Assembly (NCBI RefSeq): GCF_018350175.1
Contig: NC_058368.1
Coordinates: forward strand, 84,632,001-84,696,000
Length of the DNA: 64,000 bases
Source: Felis catus
Lineage: Eukaryota
Direction: 5' to 3'
Below, piece after piece: positions 37,930-51,239 of the stretch. Every line of letters begins with the position of its first letter. Position 1 is the stretch's first letter. Under the pieces are notes generated by a model. It was not told the origin of the DNA. It ran no database searches and was given only the letters and a program-made list of their open reading frames with translations. The position numbers and the translations under genes were made by a program.

Positions 37930-38375
37930 TGCTATTTGAAGGTCCTGGGTTTGAATCCTTGCCCTACTGTTTGCTGTCTTGGGAAAATTGCTTAATTTCA
38001 GTAAGCCTGAGTGTCATTGTCTACAAAATGAGCTAGTGTGCAGGTCTTTTTAGGGTTGTTTATTGTTTTTTTTTTTTTTAATTTTTTTTTTCAATGTTTA
38101 TTTTATTTTGGGGACAGAGAGAGACAGAGCATGAACGGGGGAGGGGCAGAGAGAGAGGGAGACACAGAATCTGAAACAGGCTCCAGGCTCTGAGCCGTCA
38201 GCCCAGAGCCCGACGCGGGGCTCGAACTCACGGACCGCGAGATCGTGACCTGGCTGAAGTCGGACGCTTAACCGACTGCGCCACCCAGGCGCCCCGGGTT
38301 GTTTATTGTTTAAATGAGATAATCTGAGTTAAATACTGAGCACATTGTCTATCCTAAGAAAGTACCCAATAAGGA
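37930..38375 (+). mobile_element. MIR split by a SINE
   Basis: cctgggtttgaatcc...gcctgagtgtcattgtctacaaaatg | aaatgagataat...gagcacattgtct. Confidence 0.7.
38069..38295 (-). mobile_element. Very young felid Can-SINE
   Basis: CpGs intact; perfect TSD gggttgtttattgttt at 38053-38068 and 38296-38311. Confidence 0.97.
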
Positions 38376-38454
38376 TCACCAGTAAGGGTAATATACCCTT
38401 AATCATTAAATATTCATGTTCTTCCAATGTATCTTCTTACACCTTGTATGGTGT

Positions 38455-38847
38455 TTTTTTAATTGAGATGTAAATGATATATTACATTAGTTTTATGTGT
38501 ACAAAATAATGATTTTATATATAGTGTAAAAATATCAACAAAATACATGTTAATATTCACCACCATGAATATTCACAATATCTCTCATAGTGAAAATCAA
38601 CTTTTAGCAAGTGTTAGACAAGATCACTAGCTAGAGTCACCATGCTGCTTTTTAACCACCTTCAGCCAATTTGCCCACCTCCTGACCCCACTTCTGTCAA
38701 CTACTAATCTCTTCTTTATGAGATTCCACATATAAGTGATCGTGTGTATTTGTCTCTTATTTCCATGAGCATAATGACTTCAAGGTCAATCCATGTTGAC
38801 AAAGTGGTCAGATTTCATTCTTTTCATGGCTAAATAGTAACTGCAGT

Positions 38848-38895
<48 letters not shown>

Positions 38896-39870
38896 TGTCT
38901 CCTGTACCCATTCATCCATCTATGGTCACATAGGCTGTTTCCAGATGTTGGCTATTGTAAATACTGCTGCAGTGAATGTGAGGGTGGGTATATCTCTTAG
39001 GATTAGTGTTTTTGTTTCCTTCAGATGAATGCCCAGAAGCGAATTGCTGGATTTTATGGTAGTTCCATTTTTATTGTTTTTGAGGACCCTCCATGCTGTT
39101 TTCCAGAGGGTCTGTACCAAGTTACTTTCACACCAATGGTGCACAGGATTCCTTTTATCCACAGTCCTGCCAAACTTTGTTATTTCTTGTCTTTTTTAGT
39201 AAGATCTGTTGTGACAGGTGTGAGGTGATAGCCTTTGTGATGTTGCTTGTCATTTCCATGCTGGTTAGTAATTTCAGCACCTTCCACAGCTTCATTGTTT
39301 GGCTATTGTGTCCTATCCAGTATACACACAAGTCTCTTTTCACATTATGATTTGAAAATATTTTCTCCCATTCAAAAGGTTGTCTTTTAATTTTTACTGA
39401 TTGTTTCTTTTGATGTGCTGAACTTTTTAGTTTGATGTAGTCCCACTTGTTTATTTTATATTTATCCTTTACTTGTGGTATCAACCTCCCCCCCCCCCCC
39501 AAATCATCTCAAAGACTAATGTCAAGATGATTCCCACCTATGTTTTCTTCTGGTAGTTTTATAGTTTCAGGTCTTATGTTTCACTCCTTAACACATATCG
39601 AAGTGACTTTTGGGTGTGGTTGACGACAGGGGCCTAGGCTCCTTTTTTTTGTTTGTTTGCTTTGCATGTGGCTGTCTGTTCTCCCAGCACCATTTATTGA
39701 ACAGATTGTCCTTTCCCCATTGTGTGTTTTTGGCTCCTTCATTGTAAATTCATTAGTTATATGTGTGTGGTTTCATTTCTATTCTCTCCATTCTTTTCCA
39801 TTGATCCATGTGCTTATTTTTATGCCAGTACCATGCTGTTTTGTGTAATATCTCTTTGTAATTGGAGTTG
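38455..39870 (-). mobile_element. Older L1 3' region
   Basis: Minus-strand KINKWDYIKLKS, KRQPFEWEKIF and FTAAVFTIANIWKQP. Confidence 0.9.
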
Positions 39871-40304
39871 CTTTTGTATTTTGGTAGTAGTTATGTTATG
39901 AGAAGATAGGGGATTTTAGTAAGTGGCACAGGGGCAGGTTGTCTCCTGGTGATGCCCACGTCCAGCTCACAAATGGGAGTCAGACTCAGAGAAAAAGAGA
40001 CATTCCTGTGTGTGGATAAAGAAACTTTAACTGCCACCACCTTCCCCATATCTTAAATCCTGGTCGTGTGAGTTTGACGCTGTGTATAAAAACACAGTTG
40101 AGCATGAATATAGTTTGAAAATGGATGTGTGTTTCAGGCTGCATGGGCAAAAATATTTTCCTGTTGGAATGTACATTCAAAGGTTTGAGATAACTGATTT
40201 ATAGCACAGATGAATCTATTCTGTCTGGGAGGAGGATGGGACATATTTGTGGTGTGCTACACCATAAAGAAAAGGGGTGGGAAAGATGTAGAGCAGAATT
40301 TAGC

Positions 40305-40776
40305 TTTTTGTAAATTTTAATTTTTTATTATTTTTTAAAATACAATTTATTTTCAAATTGGTTTCCATACAACACCCAAGTGCTCATCTCAACAAATGCC
40401 TTCCTCCATGCCCATCACCCACTTTCCCCTCTCCCCCACCCCCCCATCAACTTTCAGTTTGTTCTCCGTCCTTAAGAGTCTCTTAAGGTTTGCCTCCCTT
40501 CCCTCTATGTAACATTTCCCCCCTACCCTTCCCCCATGGTCTTCTGTTAAGTTTCTCAAGATCCACATATGAGTGAAAACATATGGTATCTGTATTTCTC
40601 TGTCTTATTTCACTTAGCATAATACCCTCCAGTTCCATCCATGTTTCTGCAAATGACAAGATTTCATTCTCTCTCATTGCCAAGTAATATTTCATTGTAT
40701 ATATAAACCACATCTTCTTTATCCATTCATCAGTTGATGGACATTTAGGCTCTTTCTATAATTTGGCTATTGAAAG
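40305..40776 (-). mobile_element. 5'-truncated felid L1
   Basis: MWFIYTMKYYLAMRENEILSFAETWMELEGIMLSEI; 3'UTR like that of 7806-8494. Confidence 0.93.
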
Positions 40777-41889
40777 TAAGCAGCATCTAGCAGCATGACA
40801 GAGGTGGCTCTGTCATGAGTATTTGCTGGAAGACTAGCCCTGTAGATGTCTTGACCAAAGCTGACCACTAGGGCTGTAAAACATAAAACCTTTTAGTGGC
40901 TACATGTTTTCTTGAGATAAGACCAAATTTTGACCATGGACTCCCTAGCTCTGTGTATTCCGCTCTTTACTCCAGAACCAATCCCTCCTCTGACCAATGA
41001 GGCATTTTTTTTCCTTTGGTCTTCCAATTACCCTCCCCCAACACATGCATCGCCTCCTCTGTGGACTTGTCCCTGGTGCCCTTTTTAACATGTACCAGTA
41101 AGCCAGGTTCCATGAAGCAGAGACCACCTGTGTTCCCCCTGCCCCTCATGTGTCTCTTTGCTAATACAGTAGTAGCAGATAGCAAGTGCTTGAGGAGTGT
41201 TCGCAAATCAGGGAAGGAGGCAGTTTTGTGTCAGACCCTGTCTTTCATCCCTGTCTTCAAGGAACTCCTGACTGTGCAGTGGAAGAAACAGATAGCTGTG
41301 CTGTGGGATCAGTGCTCTAGCAGAAGAAAACCCAGGGCACTCTGAGGAAACACATGGGTGTGTCTGTCAAAAACACCTTCACAGAGAAAAGGAAACTCAA
41401 AAGGGCATTTGCACAAAGCCAGGGGAAAGGGAAGAGAGAGGAGTTACTGTAGGCTCCCTCTGCTGGTGGTTAATCACCCACCCTGTCTTCTCTCAAGACT
41501 GAGCTCCATGGCCTCATTCTCATTTCTTATCTCCCTCCTTGTGATCTGTGTGAGCCTCTATTATACTCCCTCCAGTGGGTCATGGCAGCTGCTTGCCAGC
41601 TTTTAATTTCTATGAGTATACTTCCCTTTGAGGTCTCTGGCTTTTCCTTCTACTTGCTTGGTAAATGTCTTGTGGTGGAATGACTTTGTTGTGATCATGT
41701 ACTGTTATTGTGGGAGGAAAATTTGGAGTTCATCCCCTCCTTTTATGGATAGACAAACTGATTCTCAGCAGATAAATTACTTGCCCAAAGACAAACCCTT
41801 GGTTTGTGCAAATGAGGACCAGCACTTAGGTATCCTGACTATTGAGGCAATGGCTCCATCCTAAGCATACTTCCTTTTTGTTTTCCTTG

Positions 41890-41985
41890 TCTTCTCCTTC
41901 TCCTTCTCCTTCTCCTTCTCCTTCTCCTTCTCCTTCTCCTTCTTCTCCTCCTTCTCCTCCTCCTCCTCATTTTTCTTCTCCTTCT
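41890..41985. repeat. (CCTTCT)n microsatellite
   Basis: Direct inspection; probably derived from the tail of the adjacent L1. Confidence 0.95.
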
Positions 41986-42483
41986 TTTTTCAATTTAAAG
42001 TTAGTTGACATAAATTGTATTCTTAGCTTCAGGAGTAGAGCCTAGTGATTCATCTCTTACATATGACACGTAGCGCTCAATCCATAAATTGCACTTCTTC
42101 ATGCCCATTACCCATTTAACCCATTCCCATACCCACCCCTCCTCCAGCAACCATTAGTTTCTTCTGTGTGTTTAAGATCTCTTATGGTTTGCTCCCTCTC
42201 TGTTTTTATCTTATTTTTCATTCCCTTACCCTGTGTTCATCTGTTGTGTTTCTTAAATTCCACATATGAATGAAATATGATATCTGTCTTTCTCTGACTG
42301 ACACTCCATCCATGTCATTGCAAATGGCAAGATGTCATTCTTTTTTTTATGGCTGAGTAATATCCCATTGCCTATATACACTACACCTTCTTTATCCATT
42401 CATCAGCTCTTGGACATTTGGGTTCTTTCCATAGTTTAGATTTTATTCATATAACTGCTATAAACTTTGGGGTGTATGTGCTC
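41986..42483 (-). mobile_element. L1 3' end
   Basis: cttaaattccacatatgaatgaaat; attgcaaatggcaagat; ttctttatccattcatc. Confidence 0.9.
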
Positions 42484-42499
42484 AAGGATTTATAACTTG

Positions 42500-44130
42500 A
42501 TTCTTTAATCTGTCACCTCTGCCATCAAATAATATTTCCTCGCATATATATGTTACTTCACTAGATGAACAATATACAACCGAACACAATAATAAACTTC
42601 CATTTCCCCTTTCTGACCTTTGTGACATTCATGTCTTCTGTTTTACTTGACACTTGCTATAGACTAAGCAGTATGTTGCTTTTACATTTCCTTAAACCTT
42701 ACTGTATCTTTTAGAGGAAAATTTTAAATGAGATGATGAAAGTCTGATATTTTTCCAGTTACTATTTGTACCCTCTTCATTACTTCCTACATACCAGTGC
42801 CCATCTGTTACCATTGTCTGTTGGCCTGAAGAACTCTCATCGACATTTCTTGTAGTGTGAGTCTATTCTATGACACTTGCAGTGTTGATATGCCTGAAAT
42901 GGATTTATTTGTCTTCATTTACTTAAGGAAACTTTTCTAGATGTGGAATTTGAGATTGTCATTGGCATTTTCCTTCTTTCATGATTTAAAGATGTCATTT
43001 AACATTATTGGTTTATAATTTCTTCTAATAAAGAGTTGGCAGCCCATTTAGCCTTTACCCATATGTATCATGTGTGCTTTCTGAATGTTTTCAGATTTTT
43101 CTTTCTCACTCATTTCCACAATTTCATTATTATAGGTCACTGTCTGATTTTGTGTTTGTGTTTTTCTACTTGGGGTTCACAGAAACTTTTGCATGGATGG
43201 GTTTATGGTTTTATCCAGTTTGGAGATTTAAGGCAATTACTGTTGGGTCTCACCCATTCTTGTGTTGTCCCAAGAGTCACTGATGCTCTTTACATTTATC
43301 TCCTATCTCTTAGTGTCTCTGGGCTTCCATTTGCATAGTTCCTATTGCTGTATCTTCAAGTTCTCACACTTTGTCTGCATCAACCCATCATTCTTTCTTG
43401 TTTGATTTTGTTTATATTTATTTATTTTTGAGAAAGAAACAGAACATGAGTAGTGGAGTGACAGAAAGGGAAACACAGAGTCTGAAGCAAGGTCTTGTCT
43501 CTGAGCTGTCAGCACAGAACAAGACGTGGTGCTTGAACCAACAAACCATGAGATCATAACCTGCACCGAAGTCAGATGCTTAATTGACTCAGCCACCAAG
43601 GTGCCACTCATCCCTTCATTCTTAAAGCCCATTTGGTATAGTTTTTCATTTCACATATCCTAGTTTCAGCTCTGTAAATTCTATTATTCTTTATGATTTC
43701 CCTTTGTCCCCGCATCACATGTATATTTTCCTTTAATTCCTGAGCATATTTATAATGGCTCTTTTCACATTTTCACCTGCCATTTGGGGTCTTTGTCTGT
43801 GGACTGCTTATTCTCATTGTCACGAGTCCCATTACCCTGCTTATTTGGATGTCAAGTAATTTTTTATTGGAGGGTGGACATGAGACTGTGACAGTGTTGA
43901 AAATCTGGATTTTTTATACCCTTCTTATGAGTGCTGAATGTCATTTTGGCAATTAGTTGATAATTTCTGTCTCAGCTTCATCTTCTCTAGGTTTAATGTT
44001 TTTATTATGGTAAGATATACAATGCATAGTATGTACAATTTCCTCGACTTATTTTTAGGCTTTGATGGATGAGTTGAGATTAGCATTTGTTCTAAAGTCA
44101 TGTTGTTAGATTTAATACTGAAATGTGACC
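42500..44130 (-). mobile_element. Ancient L1 remnant with a nested Can-SINE (~43400-43606)
   Basis: gcctgaagaactc...catttcttgtagtg; tttaaagatgtcatt; ttatccagtttggaga, typical of old L1 ORF1 antisense. Confidence 0.6.
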
Positions 44131-44329
44131 TTTCATGGGGTCTCCTGATCCATGTATTGATTCATTTTGCTGTGTTGTATTTAAAGATGACTCTGAGTGA
44201 CACATTTGGGTTTGTATTGTTTGACTCTTTTGGCCTCACCATGACTTTAGTAAAAATAGATCTCACATATTAATTTTTCATCATGAAGGAAAGTTAACAT
44301 TCCTTTAAAATGTAGTGTCCAAGTGACGA

Positions 44330-44465
44330 TGTCAGGAAGGCCAATGAGCCTTCAGTGATTGGCCAGCTGAACAAGGCCAACCTGAGGGAGCCCTGGTGAT
44401 TTTCCAGGCATGGTTGTGACATCACTAAAAGGCATTGTGACACACCAGTGCTGTTATAAAAGCCA
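44330..44465 (+). promoter_or_regulatory. Promoter of cassette C
   Basis: CCAAT at 44341, ATTGG at 44358, TGACATCA at 44417-44424, TATAAAA at 44455-44461, ATG 35 bp after the TATA box. Confidence 0.65.
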
Positions 44466-44495
44466 GTCAAGACCCAGGTGGTACTGAGGAGAGTC

Positions 44496-44960
44496 ATGAC
44501 ACTTCAGCCACAACTGTTCCTGCCATTCCTCCTGTTGTTTGCCTGGGTTGTCTTCCCCTGTTGATGGCAAACCCATTGCCCACTATGAGCCTTCAAACTA
44601 TAAGCCCTCCATCTCAGCTTAGCATTGGACAGAAAACTCACTGGGAAACCAGCCTGAACTGGTAGCTCTTTGACTGGGAGCCCTCCAACTCAGCAGACAA
44701 GTAAGCAATTGATTTCCCAGGACAACAGGCCCACTAAGAGCATTGTGAGACCAGGCCTTCTGTTCTAGTTTGGCACTGGGCCAATGAGTCCCCTGGACAG
44801 TGTGCTGACCAGGAGAGTTTCCACCAAAATTTCTGCATGCCAGTAGAGCACAGGACAACTGAGTCCTTATCACCCAGGATTGACTTCAGCCTTAAGTCCT
44901 TTTGGCCTGTCACCTGAATTTTTCCTCTTTCAGGGAGTTCTCCTCAGAATAAAACAATAC
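44496..44960 (+). pseudogene. Cassette C: intronless pseudogene with signal-peptide-like start and ~4 repeat units
   Basis: MTLQPQLFLPFLLLFAWVVFP, frameshift (TGA at 44562), VDGKPIAHYEPSNYKPSISA*HWTENSLGNQ...WEPSNSADK*AIDFPGQQAH...WHWANESPGQCADQE; AATAAA at 44948-44953. Confidence 0.7.
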
Positions 44961-45975
44961 CAGGCCCTAAAAGATGAGACAAACCAGTAATTTGAAGACT
45001 TTGTATTAAACTTCACGACAGGAGAAGAGGGGGTTGGGAGGAATTTGTAGAGGCGACCCAGGCCCTTAGCACAGAGGGGTCACTGTCTGAGGTCCTCCAG
45101 ATTAAAGCGAGGTGCTTCCACCTGGAGGGAGAGGTGCAGACCTTAGAACAGGTGTAGTAGTGGGGTGACAGGAAGACTCAGCTCCATGAAGTGCAGAGAT
45201 TAATTGTGCACACAAAGGACTTCCTGGAAGATTTTGCTTCCTAGGCAATATTGTCCAAGGGGTAACGTATTCCCACCCACCAAAGATGGCATAAAAGGGG
45301 GGCTGAGAAAAGTGTGATCATCTCCAGAAGTGGGGGCATTGCATGAGTTTACAATTTACATGAATTTTAAATAAATAATTTAAGGTGATCATTTCAGAAT
45401 AATTAAGAGAAACAATCCGTGGGTTATTGTAATGCACATCCCAGGTTGCAGGCAATATTGCATCTTATGACTCATCATATTGTCATGGTGGTGGATAGGG
45501 GTCTCTACAGCTCTGAGAATGTGTCATTGAACTATAGAGAGCTGACACTGAGTACAATCTGCCTGTATGCATCAACACTTTCTCAAACATTGACTTATAG
45601 AACTCAAGGACAGCTGCTGAGGTCAGCACATTCTGATAGAAAGTAAAAAGCAGTATGAGAGCAAATGTGACAAGAGCAGAGAACCAGGATGGAGGGAGGC
45701 CAGAGGCATTGTACCATTCCCTGTCTCTGTTTGAGAGTGTGTGGTATCAGTGTGGTAGGCAAAGAAAGAGGTGCGAGGAGCTATGATGGTGGGCTTTGTT
45801 CTGACCAAGGAAGCAATTCAGTTATTGGGAGGGACATGTGGGATTCAAATTGGGTCTTTAAGGGTTTGGGAGGCAGAGTAAGGCAGAGAGTGAGAGAGGT
45901 GGGAACAGGTGTGCCTTGGAGACTGTAGGGTGTGCATGGGCATGAAGGAAAGTGGCTACTCTCAAGAACAGAGTT

Positions 45976-46210
45976 GGGGCACCTGGGTGACTCAGTCAGT
46001 CAGACATTGGACTTCAGCTCAGGTCATGATTTCATGGTTTGTGGGTTTAAGCACCACATCAGGCTCTGTGGAACCTGTTTTGGACACATCTTGGAACCTG
46101 TTTTGGATTCTGTGTCTCCCTCCCTCTTTCTGTCCCTCCCCCACTCACAATCTGTCTCTCTCTGTCTCAAAAATAATTAAATATTTAAAAGATAAAAAAA
46201 ATAAACAAAA
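45976..46210 (+). mobile_element. Can-SINE
   Basis: ggggcacctgggtgactcag head; TSD aagaacagagtt. Confidence 0.93.
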
Positions 46211-47239
46211 AGAACAGAGTTGAGAGTCCATGATGAATTGGGCACTTGGGACTAGAAGGGAATTCAATTATAAGGTTCCAGGCTCAGCTCTTCCTGGAAA
46301 ATGGTCCCTCTTAGCTCCAGGAATGTGGATTTGAAGCTTAGGTGAGGTGCAGATCACAGTAGGCTGGGGCCTATCTGTGACTCCAGCTGAGGTGCAGGGG
46401 AAAAGTCTAGTCCCATGGCTACTGAGTTGTGCTCAGGACAGGGTGCTCCTAGCACCTGGGCATAAACTGATGGAAACCATGAGAAAGATAACTCTGGAGG
46501 TGGAACATGAATTTCAGGGGGACATGGGAAGTAGGAAGCTTGTTTCTCTAAGATGGGTGGTATCTGACATGACATGAGGGCTCCTGATTTTAGGAGCCTG
46601 TGGGGAGGCCAGTGGAGTCCAAGTCACTTAGATGTAAGGCGGATGTGGGTCGCTTTTGTGATCCCATCCTTTGGAAACTCCTGGTTATAGCAGCTCAGAC
46701 CCTGTTCAGCACACCCTGGTTTTCCAGAAACATCAGGCTCCTGGATGGGCTGAGAGCTCAGAACTCCTCACTCCTTGAATCTCCATTCCTTTATATATAA
46801 AATGCAGACAACCTGGAGTGGGGGTGTTGTCAAGTGAAAAGGAGACACAGGAGATGTCAGGGTTCAGGAGAGGATAAAAAGGGCAAATGAGAGGTGGTCT
46901 CCTAAGGAAAGATAAAAATTGGGACAGTCCACTGTGAGCCAGGTCTTGGTTCTGGCCCATCCATCTCAAAGGAAAAGCATCAGCTCTAGAGGAGTAGTCT
47001 GGGTTCTGCTTCTGTTACACACCTGGTTAAAGTCTGTCACAGCTCAGCACCTGCCCAGTCACAGCCCAGCACCAGACCCCTTTTACCTCTTTCCCTGCTG
47101 CTTGACACCCACGGGTTATGGTTCTGGGAAGGCTTGGAGCTCCAGGGAGCCAGGGTGGGACTGCTAGATTTAGGCAACTATTCTGAGAAGTGATGACAGG
47201 TAGAGCATTAATATAGGTAGGTAGGTATGTAGGTAGGTA

Positions 47240-50200
47240 GATTTATAGATTAACAGGAAGCTGCAAGTAGTACAGAAAGGTCATTTCACAAAGGCAGCAT
47301 CTATTCATTTTGCCCCAGTGTAACATCTTACATCACTGCAGGACAATATTAACATCAGGAAACTGACAGTGGCACAATGGGCATGTCTGGCTCTGTCAGT
47401 TTGTCATGTACATTCACACATCCAACAGCACAATCCATGTGTGGAACAGCTCCATCATCCAAAAGATCCCCCTCATGCTACTCACCCCTCCCCCCCAACA
47501 TCGCTGGCCATGACAATTAACCATTTATTTTACATTTGGGGAGTTTTGTCTTTTTTGTTTCATGAAGGGAATCCTACAGCCATGACCTGTGATGTTGTTT
47601 GTTTGTTTCCACTCAGGGTAATACCCTACAGATCCATCCAAGTTTTGTGTATCACAACTTCAGCTTTATGGCCTCTTTATCACTGAGTAGAATTCCCTAG
47701 TGTGGATATGTCACAGTTTGTTCATCCAGTCACCTTTTGAGGGATATTTTGTTTGTTTTCTACTCTTTTGGCTATTACAAATAAACCTTCAGTGAACATC
47801 TGTGCACAGTGTTTTATGGTATCTCAATCAGTCCAGGAGACTGATTGCTGTGTTTTAAAGTTTAAAAATAGCTTGTATTGAATGCATCAAACTCTCTTAC
47901 CAGAGTGGCTGTGCCATTTCATTTATATTCCCACCAATTATGTTTGAAAGAGCTGCTTCTTTCCAACATTTCATGTTCGTACTGTTTTTTTTTTTTTTCC
48001 AGCTCTTCTAACAGGTGACATTTTCATTTACATTTCCCTCATGGCTGTGATGTTGATTTTTTTGTTTTGTTTTTTTCATGTGCTTATTTGCCACCTACAT
48101 GTTCTCTTTGATGTAATGTCTGTTCATTTGTTTTGCCCATTTTCTCTTTGAGTAGTTTTTTTTTTCCTTTTGAGTGTTGAATGTTCCTTAAATATTCTAG
48201 TGAGAAGTTTTTTTTTGTTTGTTTGTTTGTTTTATCAGATATGTGGTTTGCAAATATTTTTACCTAGTCTATAGCTTGTCTTTTCATGCTCCTTGTAGGA
48301 GCAAATGCTCTTACTAGAATAAATGTTTTCAATTTTGGTAAAGTTCTGTTTATCAAGTGTTTTCATTTTTAGTGCTTGGGTTAAGAACACACCAATCCCT
48401 AGGTCTTAAAGATCTTCTCCTGTGCCTCCACTGTAAAAGTTTTATAGCTTTATGTTTTGTTTTGAATCTATGCTGTGATAATTTGAGTTCACATTTGTAT
48501 AAGAAGTGAAGTTTAGATCAAGGTATTTTTGTTTCTTTTGTTTTTGTTTCTTTGCCAATGCATGTCTAATGGCTTTGACACCTGTTGCTGACAAGACTCT
48601 CCTCACAAAGTGCATTATTTACCTTTGCCAAAAATCAGTGATTCATATTGTCATAGTTCTATTTCTTTGTCCCCTCTTCCCTATTGAATCTGTGTCTTTG
48701 TCTCCACCAATACCACATCTTCAGATGGAGCATATTAATTTCTCCAATTTTATTCCTTTTCAAAGCTGTTTGACCTCTCCTAATTCCTTTTCATTTCCAT
48801 TCCATTCCATTTCATTTTTCATTTCTAGAAAATGAAGCTGTGTCTATAAAATAAATATTACTTGGCTTTCCACAGGAAATGTGTGAAACCTATCTATCAA
48901 TATGGAGAGATGACATTTTTACTATGTTGTATCTTCTTACCTGTGAGCATGATATGTCTCTCATTTATTTAGATGTTTGATTTCTTTCATCAGTGCTGTA
49001 CAGATTTCAGCATACAAGTCTTGTGCATGGTTTTTAGTCTTTGATCTTAGTGTTGTAATGACGACAAATTGTGTATTAAAATTTCATCTGCAATGTTTTC
49101 ATTGCTAGTGAATAGAAATAAAGGTATTCTTCTATGTTTGTCCTGTATCCTGGCAGCTTCCTGAATTCACATGTTAGATCTAAAGCAGTTTCTGTTTTGT
49201 TGTGGTTCACTAGAACTTTCTAGATAGATAACTGCTGGAATTTCCTACATATGCAAACATGCTATACTAATGTATGGACAATTTTATTTTTCTCTTTCCA
49301 GTCTACATACCTCCTTCACACCTTTCTTTCCTTTATTGCTAGTCTAGAATTTTAGCACTGCATTGAATAAGAATGGTGGGAGAACATGACCTTGACTTGT
49401 TTCTGATCTTTAGGAAGAAAACATCAGTTTTTCACTATTGTGTATAATGTGGGTAGAGCTTTTTTATAGAGATATTTCATGAAGTTGAGGAATTCCTTCT
49501 ATTTTTCTGTTTTCTGAGGGTTTTTTTGGTGAATGTGTATTGAATTTTGTGAATTGCTTTTCTGCATCACCTGACATGATCATGTGGTTATTCTTTAGTA
49601 GCCTGGGGATAGGATGGGTTATTTTTTTAATTGATTTTTAAATATTGTAATTGTCTCACATTTCTGAAATAATCTCCATGTGGGCATGGTGTATGGATCT
49701 TTTTCTGTAGGAATGAATTCTATTTGATAATGTTTTGTGTGGAATTTGGGAGGTGTATTCATGAAAGATGTTAGCCTGTATTTTTTTATTGATATTCTTT
49801 TTCATGTTTAGATTCAAGGTAATGCCAGCTTCATAAAAAAAAAAAAAAAAAAAAAGAAGTGTACTTCCTTGTTTTCTTTCTATTTTCTGGAAAATATGCA
49901 AAACAGAGGTCAATTTTGTTAAAATGCTTGGAAGAATTCTCCATTTAAATAATCTACATCTGGATGTAACATTTTTAGAGTATTAAAATTACAAATCTGA
50001 TTTATTTCATAGTTATAGGAGTATCCCAAATACCTATTTCAACGGAGGGCATGGAGTAGTATGTGCTTTTTGCAATCTTGGTCCTTTCTTCTCAGATGTC
50101 CTATTTGTATAGGTACAGTATTTCCTTATTAATCTTTTCATATGTGCAGAGTCTGAATTCATACCGCTAGTTCATTCCTGATCCTGAGAATTTGTGTTTT

Positions 50201-50785
50201 CTTTTTTCATCCATTTGCCAGAGTTTGGTTAACTTTACGGATCACTCTTTCACTAAGTTCCCTCTTTTTTTCAACCAATTTCATTAATTTCTGCTCTAAT
50301 TTTTATTATTAATATTATTTTTTACTTATTTTGGCTAATTTTGCCCTTCTGTTTTATGTTTCTCACGATGTGAATTTTGATTATTGCTTTGAGGCTTTTC
50401 TTCCTCAATGTAAGCACTTAATCCTTGCATTAACACTCTCTCAGGGCAACTTTAACTGTGCCCCACAAATTTTAGTATGCCATATATTATTATAATTTAA
50501 TTGTTTTACTTTCAATGGAGACTTCTTCTTCCACCAATGGATTATATAGAGTTTTATTTTATCTTTTAATTGTTTAGGGGTTTTCTTATATTTTTTATTT
50601 CATTCCTTAGTATGATTTTATTGTGCTTGAACAATATAGTCTGTATGATTTTAATTCTTTCAAATTTGTTGAGGTTTGTTTTATGACCCAAGATACAGCC
50701 TAACTTCCTATATGTTCTGCAGGCACTAGAAAACAATATAAATTTTGTAGTTATTGGTAGGATTGTTTTGTAAGTGTCTATGTCA
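47240..50785 (-). mobile_element. Ancient L1 (3'UTR plus much of ORF2)
   Basis: Antisense L1 hallmarks: atcagatatgtggtttgcaaatattt, ttttctgcatc, FYEAGITL peptide, aaatttgttgaggtttgttttatgaccc. Confidence 0.88.
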
Positions 50786-51239
50786 ATGAGCTAAAGTTGT
50801 ACTACAACAAACTAGAAAAAGGAAAAGCAAAATAAGCCCAAGCTAAGCAGGAGGAAGGAAAAAATAAAAATGAGAAGACATCAAGGAAACTAAAACAAGA
50901 ACTTCTTTCCATCTGCTCATATGCTTTTCTTTGTATGAGTGCATGACCTGAGAGCATGTGCTCTCTGTTGCCTCCATCTTCTTCATCCCCTGGCGACCTC
51001 CGTTAGGATCCTCACAGAGAGCGCCGCCCCCCCCCCCCAATCTAGCCTATATCCCAGACCACCCTGCCCCTCTCCTGTGCACACACACTGGTGGCATCAG
51101 GATGCTACAGTAAATGTGATTGCTTCTTCTATCTATAGTTCCCCCACCCCCAGAATGTGACCTCTGAGGGCACAGGGACTGAACTCCTCAATCTAGTCCA
51201 TGCAGAATAGGTATTTTGCCCTAACAGATGCATTGTTCT

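Noticed and set aside
40794..40817. Hairpin catgacagag-gtgg-ctctgtcatg
   Set aside because: A single 10-bp stem is plausible by chance in 64 kb, and it is too short for a pre-miRNA
41842..42045. Ser-Pro repeat ORF
   Set aside because: Translation of the (CCTTCT)n microsatellite
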